64,000 nucleotides of DNA from Felis catus (taxonomy: Eukaryota), in assembly GCF_018350175.1 (NCBI RefSeq), contig NC_058368.1:15502001-15566000 (forward strand). The letters are read 5' to 3'. A program made the translations under genes and the position numbers. This document shows, piece by piece, positions 11,871 to 26,000 of the stretch. Below the pieces are notes generated by a model. That model saw only the letters and a program-made list of their open reading frames with translations. It ran no database searches and had not been told where the DNA came from. Position 1 is the first letter of the stretch. Each line of letters starts with the position of its first letter.

Positions 11871-13002
11871 GGCAAAGGAAGGGTCACATATATTGCTCTA
11901 GTGTATTTGCGGAGGTCAAGAGCTCTCACCTCTCATTTACTGCCTGAAACAACTGCTGTATCTCCAAGCTAAGTTGCCCTCCTATGCACAGCTTAAAGCA
12001 CCCCCACCCCAAACCTTCTCACTTTCCTGCAAGGGTCTGAACTCCAGGCCACCCTCCTCAGTGGAAAGCTATGGCCATTGTACTGGGCTCAGTGCAAGAG
12101 GGACGTGAGGAGGTCACATCCCTTCTTCCCCACAACACCATTTTCATAAGACCATGTGCATATAACAGACGATGGCAGACGACTGAGGGCTAACTGACAG
12201 GATTTATAAAATGAGAGAAAACATTTTACATTGTATTCTCACAATCCAAAGGAAAACAATGACACAACTGAAAAATGAAACATTTTCAAGGAGAAATGCC
12301 AGTTTCTAGAGTTGGCTCTGCCTCAGGTCTGCCTTTCCTGGAGAGGCTGCCACTTCAAGCCATTGCCAGGTCCCACTCTGGTTTGCAAAGTCCTCTAGGA
12401 CCCATCCCCACTGGGGCAGCACACAGACCCAAGCCCCCAGTACCACATTCCCCAGAGCCTGAGTTACTCAGGATAGGATGCCAAGGCTGTGTGTGGAGGG
12501 GTATGGTGGGTGTTGGAGGGAAGGGAGGCTGTGGGGGAAGAGTGGAAGGGAGGCTCAGAGCCTCCCAGGACCAGCTCTCCTCAGAATCTCTCCATCTGTG
12601 AGAGAACAACTGCTTCTCTTTCCTTCTAGTTATCCAGTGGGCAGCTCTTAGAATCCCACACGTGTCTGTGTGTGTGCACAGACTCATACACACAGAGAAT
12701 CCCACGCATATGTTCTCTTCCACACACAGCCCTCCTATGAACAAACAACATATCTCAATGCACACCTCAGTTCTCAAAGTCCATCAACCTCAATTTAACC
12801 CTGCCTTCAATGTCAAGCAGAGTACAGTAGTGCCCCATGCTCATCCTTCTCTTTCAAATCTGTGTCTACACATCCACCCTTTTAAAAGAGAGAATTGCTA
12901 GTAATGCTCCTTTTTATTGCAACAGAGCTCACTGATCCCTGTAGTCACATTTGACTATATGAAGGCCTTATCAAACCACTGCAAGTACTGACTACTTTTC
13001 TA

Positions 13003-13217
13003 AATTTTTTTTTTCAACGTTTATTTATTTTTGGGACAGAGAGAGACAGAGCATGAACGGGGGAGGGGCAGAGAGAGAGGGAGACACAGAATCGGAAACA
13101 GGCTCCAGGCTCTGAGCCATCAGCCCAGAGCCTGACGCGGGGCTCGAACTCCCGGACCGCGAGATCGTGACCTGGCTGAAGTCGGAAGCTTAACCGACTG
13201 CGCCACCCAGGCGCCCC
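13003..13217 (-). mobile_element. Young Can-SINE (SINEC_Fc)
   Basis: Full length, CpG-rich; 16-bp TSD a(c/t)tgactacttttcta. Confidence 0.97.
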
Positions 13218-13299
13218 ATTGACTACTTTTCTATATATGCAGGTAAGAGCCTTTCTGAAGTAGGGTCTTTGCCATCCTGAACACTGTAAGGAGACAGAA

Positions 13300-14060
13300 G
13301 GGCCTTGTCACTAGACATAGCAAATAGATACGGCTCCTGCCCTCGTGAAGCTTACAATCTACTGAGAAAGACACAAAAGAACAAAAAATATGCATATTTA
13401 CAACTGCAATTAGCACTATGAAGAGAATAAAATGGTGGAATGACAGACAACAAGGTGAAGTCACTTAAAATATGGTGATCAGGGAGAGCCTTTTTGATGA
13501 GATCATATGTAAGTACTGAAGTGTGTTGGGAAGAATATTCTCTCAAAAGGAGTAGCATGGGGGTGCCTGGGTGGCTCAGTTGTTTGAGCGTCTGACTTCG
13601 GCTCAGGCCATGATCTCACCGTCCGTGGGTTCAAGCCCCACATTGGGCCCTGTGCTGACAGCTCAGAGCCTGGAGCCTGCTTCGGATTCTGTGTCTTCCT
13701 CTCTCTCTGCCCCTCCCCTGCTCATGCTCTGTCTCTCTCTGTCTCAAAAATAAATAAAAACATTAAAAAAAATAATTAAAAAAAAAACAGGAGTAGCATG
13801 TACAAAGGCCCTGTGGCAGGAAAGTTCTCCGCTTATTGGCGTAGAGAAGTCAGAGTGTTGTGGTTCAGAGCAGTGAATTGAAGGTGGGTAAGGGCAGATT
13901 ATGTAGGGCCTGGTAGGTTATAGTAAGAGTTTAGGTTTTATTCTGAGTGCAGTGGGAATCCACAGAAGGATTTTAAGCAGAGCTGTTAAATAACTAACTT
14001 TACATTTAAGAAATATTACACTGGCTGTTTTGTGGAAAATAGACTAGAGATGGACAAAAA
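13300..14060 (-). mobile_element. L2 fragment interrupted by a Can-SINE
   Basis: cctgccctcgtgaagcttacaatcta, tacaaaggccctgtggcagg and gaaggattttaagcag are antisense L2 motifs. Confidence 0.65.
13560..13788 (+). mobile_element. Can-SINE
   Basis: Full length; TSD aggagtagcatg. Confidence 0.97.
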
Positions 14061-15544
14061 GCCTTATTCAGATCCAACCTGGGTGGGGTATACGAGTGGG
14101 TGGAGAGTTGTTCTCCCAGCTACAAATATCATATCTGTTCATCTTCTAGCCATGGAAACGGTCTTAGCTTAGAATTAGTGTCAGCACACAACTCCCTTCC
14201 CCTCCTCCTCCACCACATACTCATCTCCCTCACTCCTCCCATCTCTCTGTCTCTTTTACACTCACACGCATACGCACTCCTACCGTTTCCCTCCTCTCCT
14301 CACTTGTCCGCATTTGGCCCTCGCTGACGTTCTTTCGATCATTTTCAGTCCATGGTATCTCTTATTCCAGTATCTTCAACATGATGCGTGACTAATGTTC
14401 CAATAAATCAATTAATATTCTAATACTGGAGTAAAGTTGAAGCATTAAAGCATTTAAAGTTTTGCTCCTTTCAAAATTCCATTCCCGAAAAAGCTGTCAT
14501 TCTTTATGCACTCTATGGCTTAACCCTTATGATTCTAGCCTCTCGTGAATAGTTGGAATTTTTGAAAAGCTTCTCCTCAGTTATCTGCCTGCCCTGTTTA
14601 ACTAAGTCTACGTGCCATAGAACTCAGGGTGTGTATTCAGAGTTTTGTTCAAATCCCCAAGTCCTAAAGACTACCTCCATGACCACAGGCAATCTTCCTG
14701 AGTCTCCAAACCTTGGTAACCTAAAGAGAAGAGTCATTTCCTTATGGGTTGTGAGGATAAGGAGAAACTGTATGTAAACTGTCTAATGCTACATTGCTTT
14801 CTACGTGGTAATATTACAGATGCAAATACCAAGCAAACATCACTTAGAACTTTTGGTCCCTGAAGGTTCAACTTTTCCCATTTTTTTTCTGCTTACCATC
14901 TACTCTCCTTGCCTTCATGAATTCAATCCCTCTTCCAGTCTTATCTTTAAGCAGTGTTTAAGACTTTAAGCAGTCCACTGTACTGCTTTCACCTACCCCC
15001 TATCTAAATCTCCCTGTGACCTCAGTGAAGATCCATGAACGGAAGAAGTTGCACAGCAGTTTCTCTCAACAATGTACTTACTTATTCAGCCTTTCCCCTT
15101 CCCAAGGACTGTGCATGTTAGGGACAGAGTAATGTGTCATAATGTAAGCAATAATGGTGGAGAGACAGATCAAGAACCATCTGATTTATGAAGCATAGTA
15201 AATATGCTGGAGGGATTTGGGGTTGCAATCAGATGGATGATTTAGGAAAATCAGATTGGGAAGAGTCAAGCAACACTAAGGCCTCTGCACATTTGCCCAA
15301 ATCATCCAGTGTAGGCCCAGTTAAGCAGCACCTCTGAACTCCTGGTATGAGCTGCTCAGCCGCACAGCATATTGTTGGTTCCCAAACTGTCTTTGTTTCC
15401 TTACTGTTAGGGTAGTCTTTGTGCCACTTATCCCTTGCATTCAAGAATGTAAACTTACTGAAGAATTTTTGCACGTTGCTACTTCTGGATTACTACATTT
15501 CATAAAAGAGTTTCTAGTTTCTTTTTATAATACAATCCACTTCA

Positions 15545-15751
15545 GGGGTGCTTGGGTAGCTCAGTCGGTTGCCATCTGACTTCACCTTAGGTCATGATCT
15601 CAAGGTTAATGAGTTCAAGCCCAGTGTTGGGCTCTGTGCTGACAGCTCAGAGCCTGGAGCCTGCTTCGGATTCTGTGTCTCCCTTTCTCTCTGTCCCTCC
15701 CCTGCTCACGCTCTGTCTCTCTCTCTCTCTCAAAAATAAAACAAACATTAA
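15545..15751 (+). mobile_element. Can-SINE
   Basis: Full length; TSD aatccactt. Confidence 0.96.
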
Positions 15752-16009
15752 AATCCACTTGACCTCAGAGCTGTAGTTACCCTGAGAATTCAGAAGATAA
15801 GTCAAGATTTCCCAGTGACCCAGACATATCATTATAAACATCATTCTTATACCAGTCCAGATGGAACTCTGGTTAATAAAATGCCAGATTCATTTACTAT
15901 AATATCAGTTGTAATAAAATTAAAAGTATCTAGACATGCCTACCACTAGTAATAAAAGTAAACTTAGCTCAAGACCATTATTCAAGCAGGAATACTACTG
16001 ATAATAATA

Positions 16010-16220
16010 TTAATTGCCAACATTTATTAGTCATTGTAAGACAATCTTTTAAGTGCTTTATGTGTTCACTCACAACACTCCATAATATAGGTACAATTAC
16101 CATTCCCATTTTACAGATGTGGAAACTGAGGAAGGTCACAAAGCTAGTGAGTGGCAGAATCAGGGCTTCCACTAAAAAGAAATCAGGCTTTAAGTTCTAC
16201 AACTTCATCATTATGCTTTA
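16010..16220 (-). mobile_element. MIR
   Basis: cccattttacagatgtggaaactgagg...aaggtcacaaagctagtgagtggcaga. Confidence 0.8.
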
Positions 16221-19213
16221 CTCCTCTCTTCCTTTCATTCAGAAATAGTCATTTTTAATAGAAATATTTGGGAAACTGTTTACTCACAAAGGCAGGTTGA
16301 GGAGGAATAAACAAATAAATAAATAAATAACCAAATGTTAAACTTTATAATATGTCCCAGACCAGTATAAACATGTACTTGCTAAAAATGGAGAAAAGAT
16401 CATAGGCTATTGCTCTCTTACCTAACTATGGCACCAGGTCCCACACAGTCCCTTTTGTCATTGACATGCCTGAGGCTGACCCTGTAGATACGGAGCAAGG
16501 GCCCTGCTTCTGGAGTCTGGACAGAAAGACATCTCAGTTCCATGGGCAGCATGGCAGCATGGGAACATACATGCAAGATGCACAGGGAAACCCTCCTTGC
16601 AGTAGATTCATTTCAGATGAAAGGAAGAGGTGTTCATTCATTTAGCAAATATTTATTGATCATCTATTATATATGCCAGGCATTGTTTTTTGGTCTTGGG
16701 ATTCAAGAGCAAACAAAACAGACAAAAACCCTTCAAGAAGTTGACATTCTAGTGGAGGACAGACAGTAACAAAATAAATAAGTCAAATACATAACAGGTT
16801 TGATAATTTAAGAGAACAGGAGAAAAAACAAAGTGGGAAAATGGGATAGAAAGAATTAAATGTGACTGAAAGTTTAGAGAGGGGTAGAAAAGGTGATTTT
16901 TCTGAGAAGATGCTATTTGAGTTGCAAAGAGGAACTTTTTGTGCCCTTCCCCCCCCCAAATTAATTATAACACAAAAGACAATCATCTGAAGATTACAGA
17001 GTAAAAATGTTGAACCCCATGATTTCAATCACTCAGAGTCAGCCAACATAAAACCATAAACCAAACAAAGCTTTCACAGATTTATGTGGGGGGAAATAAA
17101 GGAACAGAAAAAAAAAATAGATTTCCTCACACATTGAATTGACTTCTTGCTCTGTCTTCCATCTGCTGATGTGGTCTAACATGCTCTCCTTACTTGCACA
17201 GAGGATATATGCATGAAAACAACTGGTTGGAGAGTTGAAAATGATATTAACCACTTGCTTTTGCTATCCAATTCCAAATATCGTGGTGATTATTTTCACT
17301 TAATAGAAATGAATGCACACGGGTGTCATGCCAACCCAGCCTCAGCTACTTGGCTAGAAGTGGGAACAGACTGCTATTAGAACTTACTAACTATAAAATT
17401 AGCTCTAATGGAAGTAAATATAAGGTACAGCAGACACACGAAGAAGGAAGTCTGTTCCCAAGTGGAGGATGCTTGAGCCAGCTGTTTGCTATATGGAATG
17501 CTGAAGGAAGCATTCTAGCAGCAATACCAAGTCCAAAGGCACGGAGGTCTGAGAGGGCTTAGCATGTCTGAGGAACCACATGGTAGCCCATGTTGTTAGC
17601 ACATAACACACAGGAAGGAAGGCACACCACCACAGGACCACCTTTCAAAATGTCTCCGCCCTCCACTCCTGGCACAACATCTTAATTCTTGGTGTCCTGG
17701 TGTCTGAATAGCACTTCACAGCCTGTAGCTAGATACCCACTGGGGCACTTTTGCAGGGCTGAGAGAGAGAACCTGAAATCCAAGATCAAGGACAAAGGGC
17801 TTGCATGAGAAGGTCACTCGTCCTTTCCATCTTACCCCATACACCTCTATCTCTGAGGGTCTGAGGGTGAGCCTCACTGATGACCCTGGGATGACAAAAT
17901 TGCTAGTTATGGCTCTTCCAGAGACTGGTGGAAGACAGCGCTGGACAGCCAGGGCTTAAACCTAATGCCACATTAGGTTCAGGCATTATTCTACAGCAGG
18001 GGATTGCTGCTGGGCGCTCCTAACCACGGGAAAGACATGATCATATGCTTCACACGTTTATTTTAAAGCTGGAATAATAATACATTTGAAAGTGCTTTGC
18101 AAACCCGTAAAGTCTTATTTTCCCCCCAGTTCTTGGCACATAGGATGACTTAGTAACATTTGTAGAATGAATGAGGGAGTAAAAGACCAACTGCGCAGAA
18201 ACAAATTCCCTCTGCTCCCAGAAGGACACCTTTAGAGCCCTTAAGCCTGTGAGGAGAACTGATCCCCAGTGATTTCACAGGCACCATCTAAAAACTCGAT
18301 GGAAACTACTTGAATTGGAAGGCTTTCCAATGTTCTATTTCATCATAGAAGCTATAACAAATATTCACTTGCTTAGAAAAGTGAGCGGAAAGAAGTCAGA
18401 CTGGAAGATATGTAACCACAGCTTGGATCACTGAGTTTTTGAATTGAGAACTTTTGATAAAGCAGGGCATACCATATGCCATGAACATGTTCATGAGGAC
18501 ACGAGGAAAGTAGGATTAAGCCAAAGAATCGAATAAATGGCTGAACAGGAAAAAGGATCCTATTCGGTTCAGTAAACCCAACATTTATGAGACTTTAAGC
18601 TTTTCTGTCTGTCCTACTGCAGCTCTCAATCAGCCGTTCCATATAAATAGCAAAATATTTCTAGCTTATTTGTACTCTTTGCTTCAGTGACCATACAGGC
18701 AATTTATCTTACACTGTTTCCAAGGCTGAATGAAATCCACAGTTCTGCCTGAATTCCTTTCTCCCTTTAGAGATTTTGCTGCCTCCTAGTTTGGGTCCTC
18801 TCCAACTTGCGAGAATAATGTGTTTTCTCCCCCTTCCTCTCTCCCCCTTCCTTCTGATGCTATCCTTCATTAACTCCAAAGTTTCCTCTTCTCCAGAGAT
18901 TCCACTGGCTTCTTCACCTTTCCCCAGGAACGAGCAGCTCTCTCATTTAGGGACTTGTCTACCTTGTGCTCAGAATTAGCAACATCTGCTAGTTTGTTTT
19001 TCTGCACCCTGGGCTGCTTAAAACTGTCCTGATTTGTAATCCCAGCAAAACTAAGGTCCAGGGCACATTTATGCTCCAATCTACAAAAAGCTTCTCCATA
19101 AGATCTGATTTACAATTACACTGCCATGATGAGAAAGCACTGAAGGAAACTGATTTATGAAATCAGTACTCATGTTCCAATCATTTGTGACACAGCTCAC
19201 CGTCTCATCATAA

Positions 19214-19246
<33 letters not shown>

Positions 19247-19759
19247 CAACATTTAGAATGATCATATTTGCTTTGGTGACAAAATGGCTTTTTCTTACTT
19301 TTAGTACTACTTCTGTTCTAAAGTATAACTAAAATATGTAAGAATATTTCACTCTAATTTTAATAGCACTCTTTTCTTCCTACATTAATGCCATTCAGTA
19401 TCTCAAATTCGACACAATAGTTTAGTCAAAGAATGTCATCATATATGAAGAGTAGCGTTTTTAAAAGTCCTCATTTCCTTATAATACACCCTGTTGTTCT
19501 CTGGATGGGCCTCCCTTGTCCTAACTTGACTTGGGAGGGAGAGGGCAAGTAAGAAAAATGACAAGACCTTAGGAGAATAGCTCAGGAAGTCAGGGGAGGC
19601 GAAGGCTGCCAGGAACAGGCAAAGCAATTGTGGAGAGAAAGTATCCGGTCGATAAAGGCTGGTCCTTAGGAGGGCACTTGAGTGAGTGAATGCAAATTGT
19701 CCAAGGCAGCAATGGGACCTTGGCTCTTACTCTCTTCCTCTCGTGATCTAGACTTTATT

Positions 19760-19836
19760 GAAAGGGTCTCCTGCACTTACTTCCTCAGCTTCATTCACTT
19801 CTCTACCTACTGCAGCCTGCTTTCTGCGCGCGCACG

Positions 19837-19875
<39 letters not shown>

Positions 19876-21120
19876 CCTTTGACTGAAATCATTGTGCTCT
19901 TTGACAGTCACCAGCTTTTTTTGTCATTAAATCCAGTGGACACATCTCAGTTGCTCCCTTGTCTGAATTGCCTGCAACACTGACACACTGTGGAGCGTCC
20001 TTACCTCAAAACTCTCTCTTCCCCATGCTTTATTACCCCATGTTCCCCAGGCATTCCTCTGGCCACTGCTTTCCAATACCTTTCTCTGCATCTCTTGTCT
20101 TAACTCGTCTTTTAAATGTTAGTGTCCACCAGATATTTGCCATTGGTACTTTCTTCTTTTCATTCTACACAATCACATCCATTCTCATGGAATTCATTTC
20201 TGTTTTCCTCCTGACAACTCTCAGCCAACCCATAATCCAACTGCCTCCTGACCCAAACTCAGCATATCTAAAACTAAATTTCTCATTTTCCTGCCAATGC
20301 CCCCTCCCACCCCCAACCTGCCCTCTCTCTTGTATCTGCCGTGCTGACTCCTCCTAAGGCCTCACTGGCACTCTAACACTCACAGAATCCTGACCATCAG
20401 ACCTACTAAGATCTTGAATTCAGCCACATCTCCCTTTATCCACTGTTGTCTTTCAGGCCACTTTTCTCCAATCCTTCACTGGTCTTCCAGCTTTCTCTCT
20501 CACTCTCCTCCAATCTATCCTACAATCTGCAGCCAAAGTCATCCTAAGAAAATGAGAATCTGATCCATCATTTACCATCCTTCAGTGACTCTCCACTAAA
20601 TGCAGAATAAAGATAAATTTTCTCTATTGGTTATAAGGCCTTCAGGCATGGCCCTTCAGTTCCTTATTTCTTACTATCCCAGCCTTCTCTCTGGGTCCTC
20701 CCACTCAGTCCTGCCCACATGCTCCACCCACATCAATATGGAAAGAAAGACTTATAGTCTCAATCAATCTCGGTCTCTCTCTTTCTCTCTGTCTCTTCCC
20801 CAGATCTTTGCACAGATGTCTGGCCAAAATATATACATAAATATATACTTATACATATATACCTTTTCACTTAGATGTCAGGTCCTCCAGGGGACTTCTG
20901 TGACCCTCCCAGGAGGGGTCAGTCATTCCCTATGGGTTTCATACTGCCCCTGTTCCTGTGTTGGTGGAATACACAGCACCCATCACTGTGCTGTTTCATG
21001 TGTCTCCCCTCACACACGATACACAGAGCTCCTTGCAGGCAAAGCTGCAAGTTATCCTCACAGCCCTGGGCCTGGCACATAAGATACCTTCAATAAAGGG
21101 TCCACAAATAAATGAGTGAT
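19760..21120 (+). mobile_element. L2 fragments running to the L2 3' end
   Basis: Pyrimidine-rich L2-like sequence ending gcctggcacataagataccttcaataaa...aaatgagtga. Confidence 0.65.
19825..19874. repeat. Compound (GC)n(AC)n microsatellite
   Basis: Directly visible alternating purine-pyrimidine tract. Confidence 0.95.
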
Positions 21121-21226
21121 AATCTAAGAAAACAGAATTACATTTTCCTCACACACATTAATATTTCCATACAGAATTCACTGAGAGTAACAAACCAAAT
21201 AAAATTCCCTTTTAAATGTTTTTTAC

Positions 21227-21428
21227 GGGTGCCTGGGTGGCTCATTCAGTGAAGTGTCAGACTCCTGATTTCAGCTCAGGTCATGATCTCATGGTTGTGA
21301 GATTGAGCCCCATATCAGGCTCTGAGCTAAACATGGAGCCTGCTTAAGATTCTCTTACGCTCTCTCTACTTCTGCCCCTCTTCCCTGCTCACACCCTCTC
21401 TCTCTCAAAAAAATATATAAATATATAA
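21227..21428 (+). mobile_element. Older Can-SINE
   Basis: gggtgcctgggtggctc...ctcctgatttcagctcaggtcatgatc head and CT segment. Confidence 0.93.
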
Positions 21429-22991
21429 GCCATATAATACCTCATAAAACCAGTGAAAACAAGAGAAAAAAAATTTAAGTTTAAATGGATTTTCCAAGTC
21501 ATTTAACTGCATAAAGCTCAGGGCTTTTCAGTGTTTGCACTTTCCTGACCTGTGAGCTGCCCAAGGCAGGACCTATTCCTTTTAGCTTCTTTTGAGACTA
21601 GAGAACTATTATACACTCCTCTCCATGCCCTTGCTGTAGACTGTGTGTGCCCCTAACTGTCACTAATTCTCTTGGACCTACTTGCTCTTTATCAAAGGAA
21701 TCTCTATGACTCACCAGCTTTCAACCTGCCTTCTTAAACAAGTGGACCTTTTTGCTCAAAGCAATTGAACACAATAAGGCACTACATACCACACAACAAT
21801 TGAGTTAGGAAAACACTGCATAGACAGATCTCTACATAATCAGAAAATATCTGCTTATAAGCTGCAGGTATCTAGAATCATTTTTTTTTTCAGCACAAAG
21901 TCACAATTCAGCCACACTTTTCCACATTGTCATACTGAATGCTAAAATACAATAAATAATTCCTTGTGAGGGAAATATGTTCTTAGTGCTCAGTGCTATA
22001 ATTTTTCCCCACAGGAAAATGATATTTTACCAAAAATAATTTATACCTTGGCATCCGAAGTAATGCAAATTGATGAAAATATGAGACTCTGTTAAAATTA
22101 AGGATATGAAATCCCTTGGCTCACACAATATGTAGATTTGAGAACTTTGGTGAATGTTAGAAATGTGGGCTGCACATTGTGTTCTGGGTGCATTTATATA
22201 GGTTGTACAGGTCTGTTCCCAATCCATGTGAAAACATACCCTAAGTAAAACCGTTAAGGAATGTTTACTGCAATGACCATATAGAGTTTATTCTAAATTT
22301 GAACTTCTTTGTACTTCCAACAGCAGGAATACAGAAGGTTGAAAGGCTGGCAGTCTCAAAGATTTTTAAACACAGAAATAGAGGGTCCATTTTTTTAGGT
22401 CCTTGTTATATAGGTTCTGTGATTCACTAATCAATTACTCCTCATCAGAAATAAGGAAGGTACAGACCCTGTCCTCAGGTTGCTCGTGGTCTGATGAGGA
22501 GAAGAGGAGAGGAAAAAAGAAAAAGAAAGAACAAATGTATGTTGAGTGTCTGATATAGGTCAGGTAGTATATAAAATGTTATGTACCATTTCATTTAATC
22601 TTCATGATAACTCCATGCGGTTGGGATTATTAGCTCTGTCTGTCACAGAAAGAGATGTTCAGAGAGATCTTCTTTCCAAGATTATCCTGCTGGGAACTTG
22701 CTGCAAAGCAATGTGGTAAGAGCAAGAGAAGCCAGAGAAGGAGGCAGGCCCATGTAACTGAGTGGATAATCTTATTAACTGACATAAGAAATAAGAGTAT
22801 GGGAAGGAGATTTGCATGGTTAGACATAAGGAATTTGGAGATCCCCATTTTGATGTCTCTGCTCCTGAGATGACAGCTAGAAATATGGGTCTCGAGTTCA
22901 GGGGAATTCAGGGCTAAAGCCATGAATGAGATCCTTAGGGATTAGGTACAAATCCAGTAGAGAAAAGGCTGGGGGCTGAAATTTGGGCTTA

Positions 22992-23036
22992 AAAACAAAA
23001 CAAAACAAAACAAAACAAAACAAAACAAAACAAAAC
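22992..23036. repeat. (AAAAC)9 pentanucleotide repeat
   Basis: Directly visible. Confidence 0.95.
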
Positions 23037-26000
23037 AACAAAAACACTGCCTAAGAAGAAGAATTCACCAAAAAGGCTATGATGGAATTGTATGAAGTGC
23101 AAAAACAGGAACAGGAGAACACTGTGTTATGAAATAAGGACTACAAAGTAGAAGCAGATGTTAAAAGAGGGCTGCATAGATATTTACATCTCATATGGGG
23201 GGGGGGGGAGACTGGTTGAGTTATGGGCTGAGGAGGAGCCTGCTGAGGTGGAGACAGGGAAGATGGACCAGAAAGGAGGTAATCTGTTGATTTGCAAACT
23301 GGCCCCCTTACAGGAAGGACAAGAAAAGACCAAAGAAAGAGGCAGACCACTCCAGATTGGTAGGTAGCTGTTTTCATAAGCAATAAGAAGCAAGTAAGGG
23401 AACTTATGAAGCTTGTTGTAGAGGCTACAGATGAGTAGATCTCCACACCTGCCTGCCAGAATCTTAAGGGAAGATTTCATTGTTGATAGTTTAATACTAT
23501 GCTTGAAAAAGGAAATAGGTTATTGAGCATTGTAGAAATTAAGTTATTTTTAAATATGAATATTCTCATGCTTCTATACTATAGGGTATGTTTATGGATA
23601 AAAAGAAAAAAAAAGTTGGGATGCATAAAAACAAGAATGAAATGTGGACATCTGCTCTTCTAAGTTGGTGTTTATCCAGTGAGTAAGGACAGAGGCCATA
23701 GGAAGAAAAGGTGTTAAGAAACTCTAAAAAGTATAACCATACAGGCCTGCAATCCTATGGCTATGTCAGTAGAAATGTAAATGTATAGAGAATTTAGATA
23801 CTGCTTAGCAGGGTTTATCTTTTCTATTCATATCCTTCAAATACCATCTGAGACAGCACTCGGACCATGGCTCCCAGGTAAGAGCAGATTCTGTGACCCA
23901 TGGCTTTCTGTCACAAAAATGCCAGACACCTCCTTTCCCTTTGGATTTGAATTTTGTTCTCTACCTTGGAAAATCTGCATTTCCACTCATATTGACTTCT
24001 ATGCTCCCTGCCTAGGTTTCCACTGACAGGAATGCAAGCCAACCATTTTCGAACGATGCAGGTTATAGAACACTGGAGAATCGTGTTATCTTCCCAAACT
24101 GTTCAGTGGATAAACTTGTTTAGTTATTCTCCAAGATTCCTAATGAGACACCAATTTTCTCCAATGCCCCCCAACCACTACTAATGTTTGCAAGAAGTAA
24201 TATCTGGATAATGAAAGGTCGTAAACTAATCTCCTTTCCTCCCCATTCCCATTGTTACCATGTGGTCAACTGGAATTGAATAACTGCAATAACTTCAAAA
24301 CCCAACTACAGTCTGCAGACTGCTTTCTCCCAGGTGTTGTTTATTCTCTACTACGCTGCCAGATCAATCTTCCAGACACAAGCATAATTTGCCATGTTGA
24401 GGCCCTGTTGAAGAACCTACAATGGCTCCTATTGTCTGCCACGTTAAGTCTTAATTCCTTTGTGCAGTTTTTAAGATCTTCAGAATTTGGCTCCACTCCT
24501 ACTTATACTACTTATACTCCTGCACTCCAAGGCACCCTCCTCTTGAACAGAACCATCTTCTTCCCGTTCAGCGCCATTCTCATCTCTGACCCATGCCTAC
24601 CCTGTCCTTCCCCATTTCCCTACCAGTTGGAATGCTTTCCTTCCCCCTCCATCCCCCTCCCAACTCCTTCTCCATCCCTCCAAGACCAAGGTAAGCTCTA
24701 CACCTTCCAGAAAGTTCTCCAGCTCTTCCAGTCCCTGTTGGACACTCTTCCTGCCAGTGGCAGACAAAGTCAAAACTAGGTAATATTTGGAAAGGAGATG
24801 GCACACTTAACTGTTCTTTGCTGGGGCCTCTTTGGAAACGTATCTTACACTTCTTTCTGTATTCCCTACATAATCTAGGAAAGGGTAAAGCAAGTAGTAG
24901 ACCTAAATACTTACTAGGCCTTGACTGTAGAGTGTGTACCTGTCCTTTAGCTCTGAGGCCACAATGGTTTACTTCTGGTTAAATGTCAGCAGCTGGAGGA
25001 CTAGTTACTAACATTCTTACTACAAACCCAGTTCTCACATTACATCTTTAGTAAATGCAAGTCTATAGCTGGATGAGTCAGAGAGAAGCTTCTATAACTT
25101 CATTCAATGTTAACCAAAATGAAATGTTTGCCTCTGGCTGGCTTTTACCACTTTCTCAGAGAGATGCAGTTGGTTTGGAATCTGAGTTCTATGTTAAGTG
25201 CGATAAGAAACTAAAGAAAAATAATGTGGGAGCTCATGGCTGTGGAACCACTGAGCTTTGGTCGTCCCTAACTCCTTTATGTCATCTGCTAGCCTGGGCT
25301 CAGTTCATATGGCCATGTTGCCTACAAACCATTTCCCTGACTTTGAATGGCACCATTTCAGGGCTACTGATGTTTAGTGCCTGTTTTAATACTTTTGACT
25401 CACTTAGGAAAGATATGGCTGATGTGGAATGAAATGAAACTTGGGATTCTTGGTTGAACTCTTAAAGTCCTGTTCATCAGATCCTTAAAGAAGACAGAGG
25501 CCTTTCCTAGACTCTCCTCAATCTGTTTCCTCAATCATTTCAAATATTAGAATTAGTTTCCCCCTGGATTGTTATTTTAAATGTTAATTATATATTAACA
25601 GAAGAACCAGAATAAATAGCGTTTATATTTTTGGTTTTCTGTGATTATTTATGTCTCTGCCTTCAGAATGAAATCATTTCCTTCCTGACTAATCAGAAGG
25701 CTGAATTTAGGTAACAGAGTATAGCTGTGGACCTAAGCTAGATTTCTAAAAAGAAAAATAATTTCATAGCTGACTATGCATGTCTTAGTTGAATGCCATC
25801 CTACACTCACTGGCAACCACATATGCATTCTTCAGGACCCAGTTCAAAATGTCTTTCACTCTGTGAAGCCTTCTCTAGCTTCCCCAGGCAGAGTCTGGCA
25901 TCTCTCCTTCATATTCCAACGGCACTTTTTTTTTATTCCTTGAAGTCACAAATATTTACTGAGCACCTACTTTCTATTACTCAGTCTCTTATACCCTTGC

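Noticed and set aside
12275..12901. Cluster of 79-140 aa ORFs
   Set aside because: Low-complexity G-rich and CA-rich sequence with no homology I can recognise
13571..13753. Recurrent MAQ...SLEPASDSVSPSLS ORFs (also 15594, 31116, 55919, 63121)
   Set aside because: Translations of Can-SINE sequence, not a gene family
19959..21082. 132-aa and 160-aa hydrophobic ORFs
   Set aside because: Lie in pyrimidine-rich L2 remnants
24252..24779. Longest ORF in the window (175 aa)
   Set aside because: TTG start, within L2-like CT-rich sequence that is poor in stop codons
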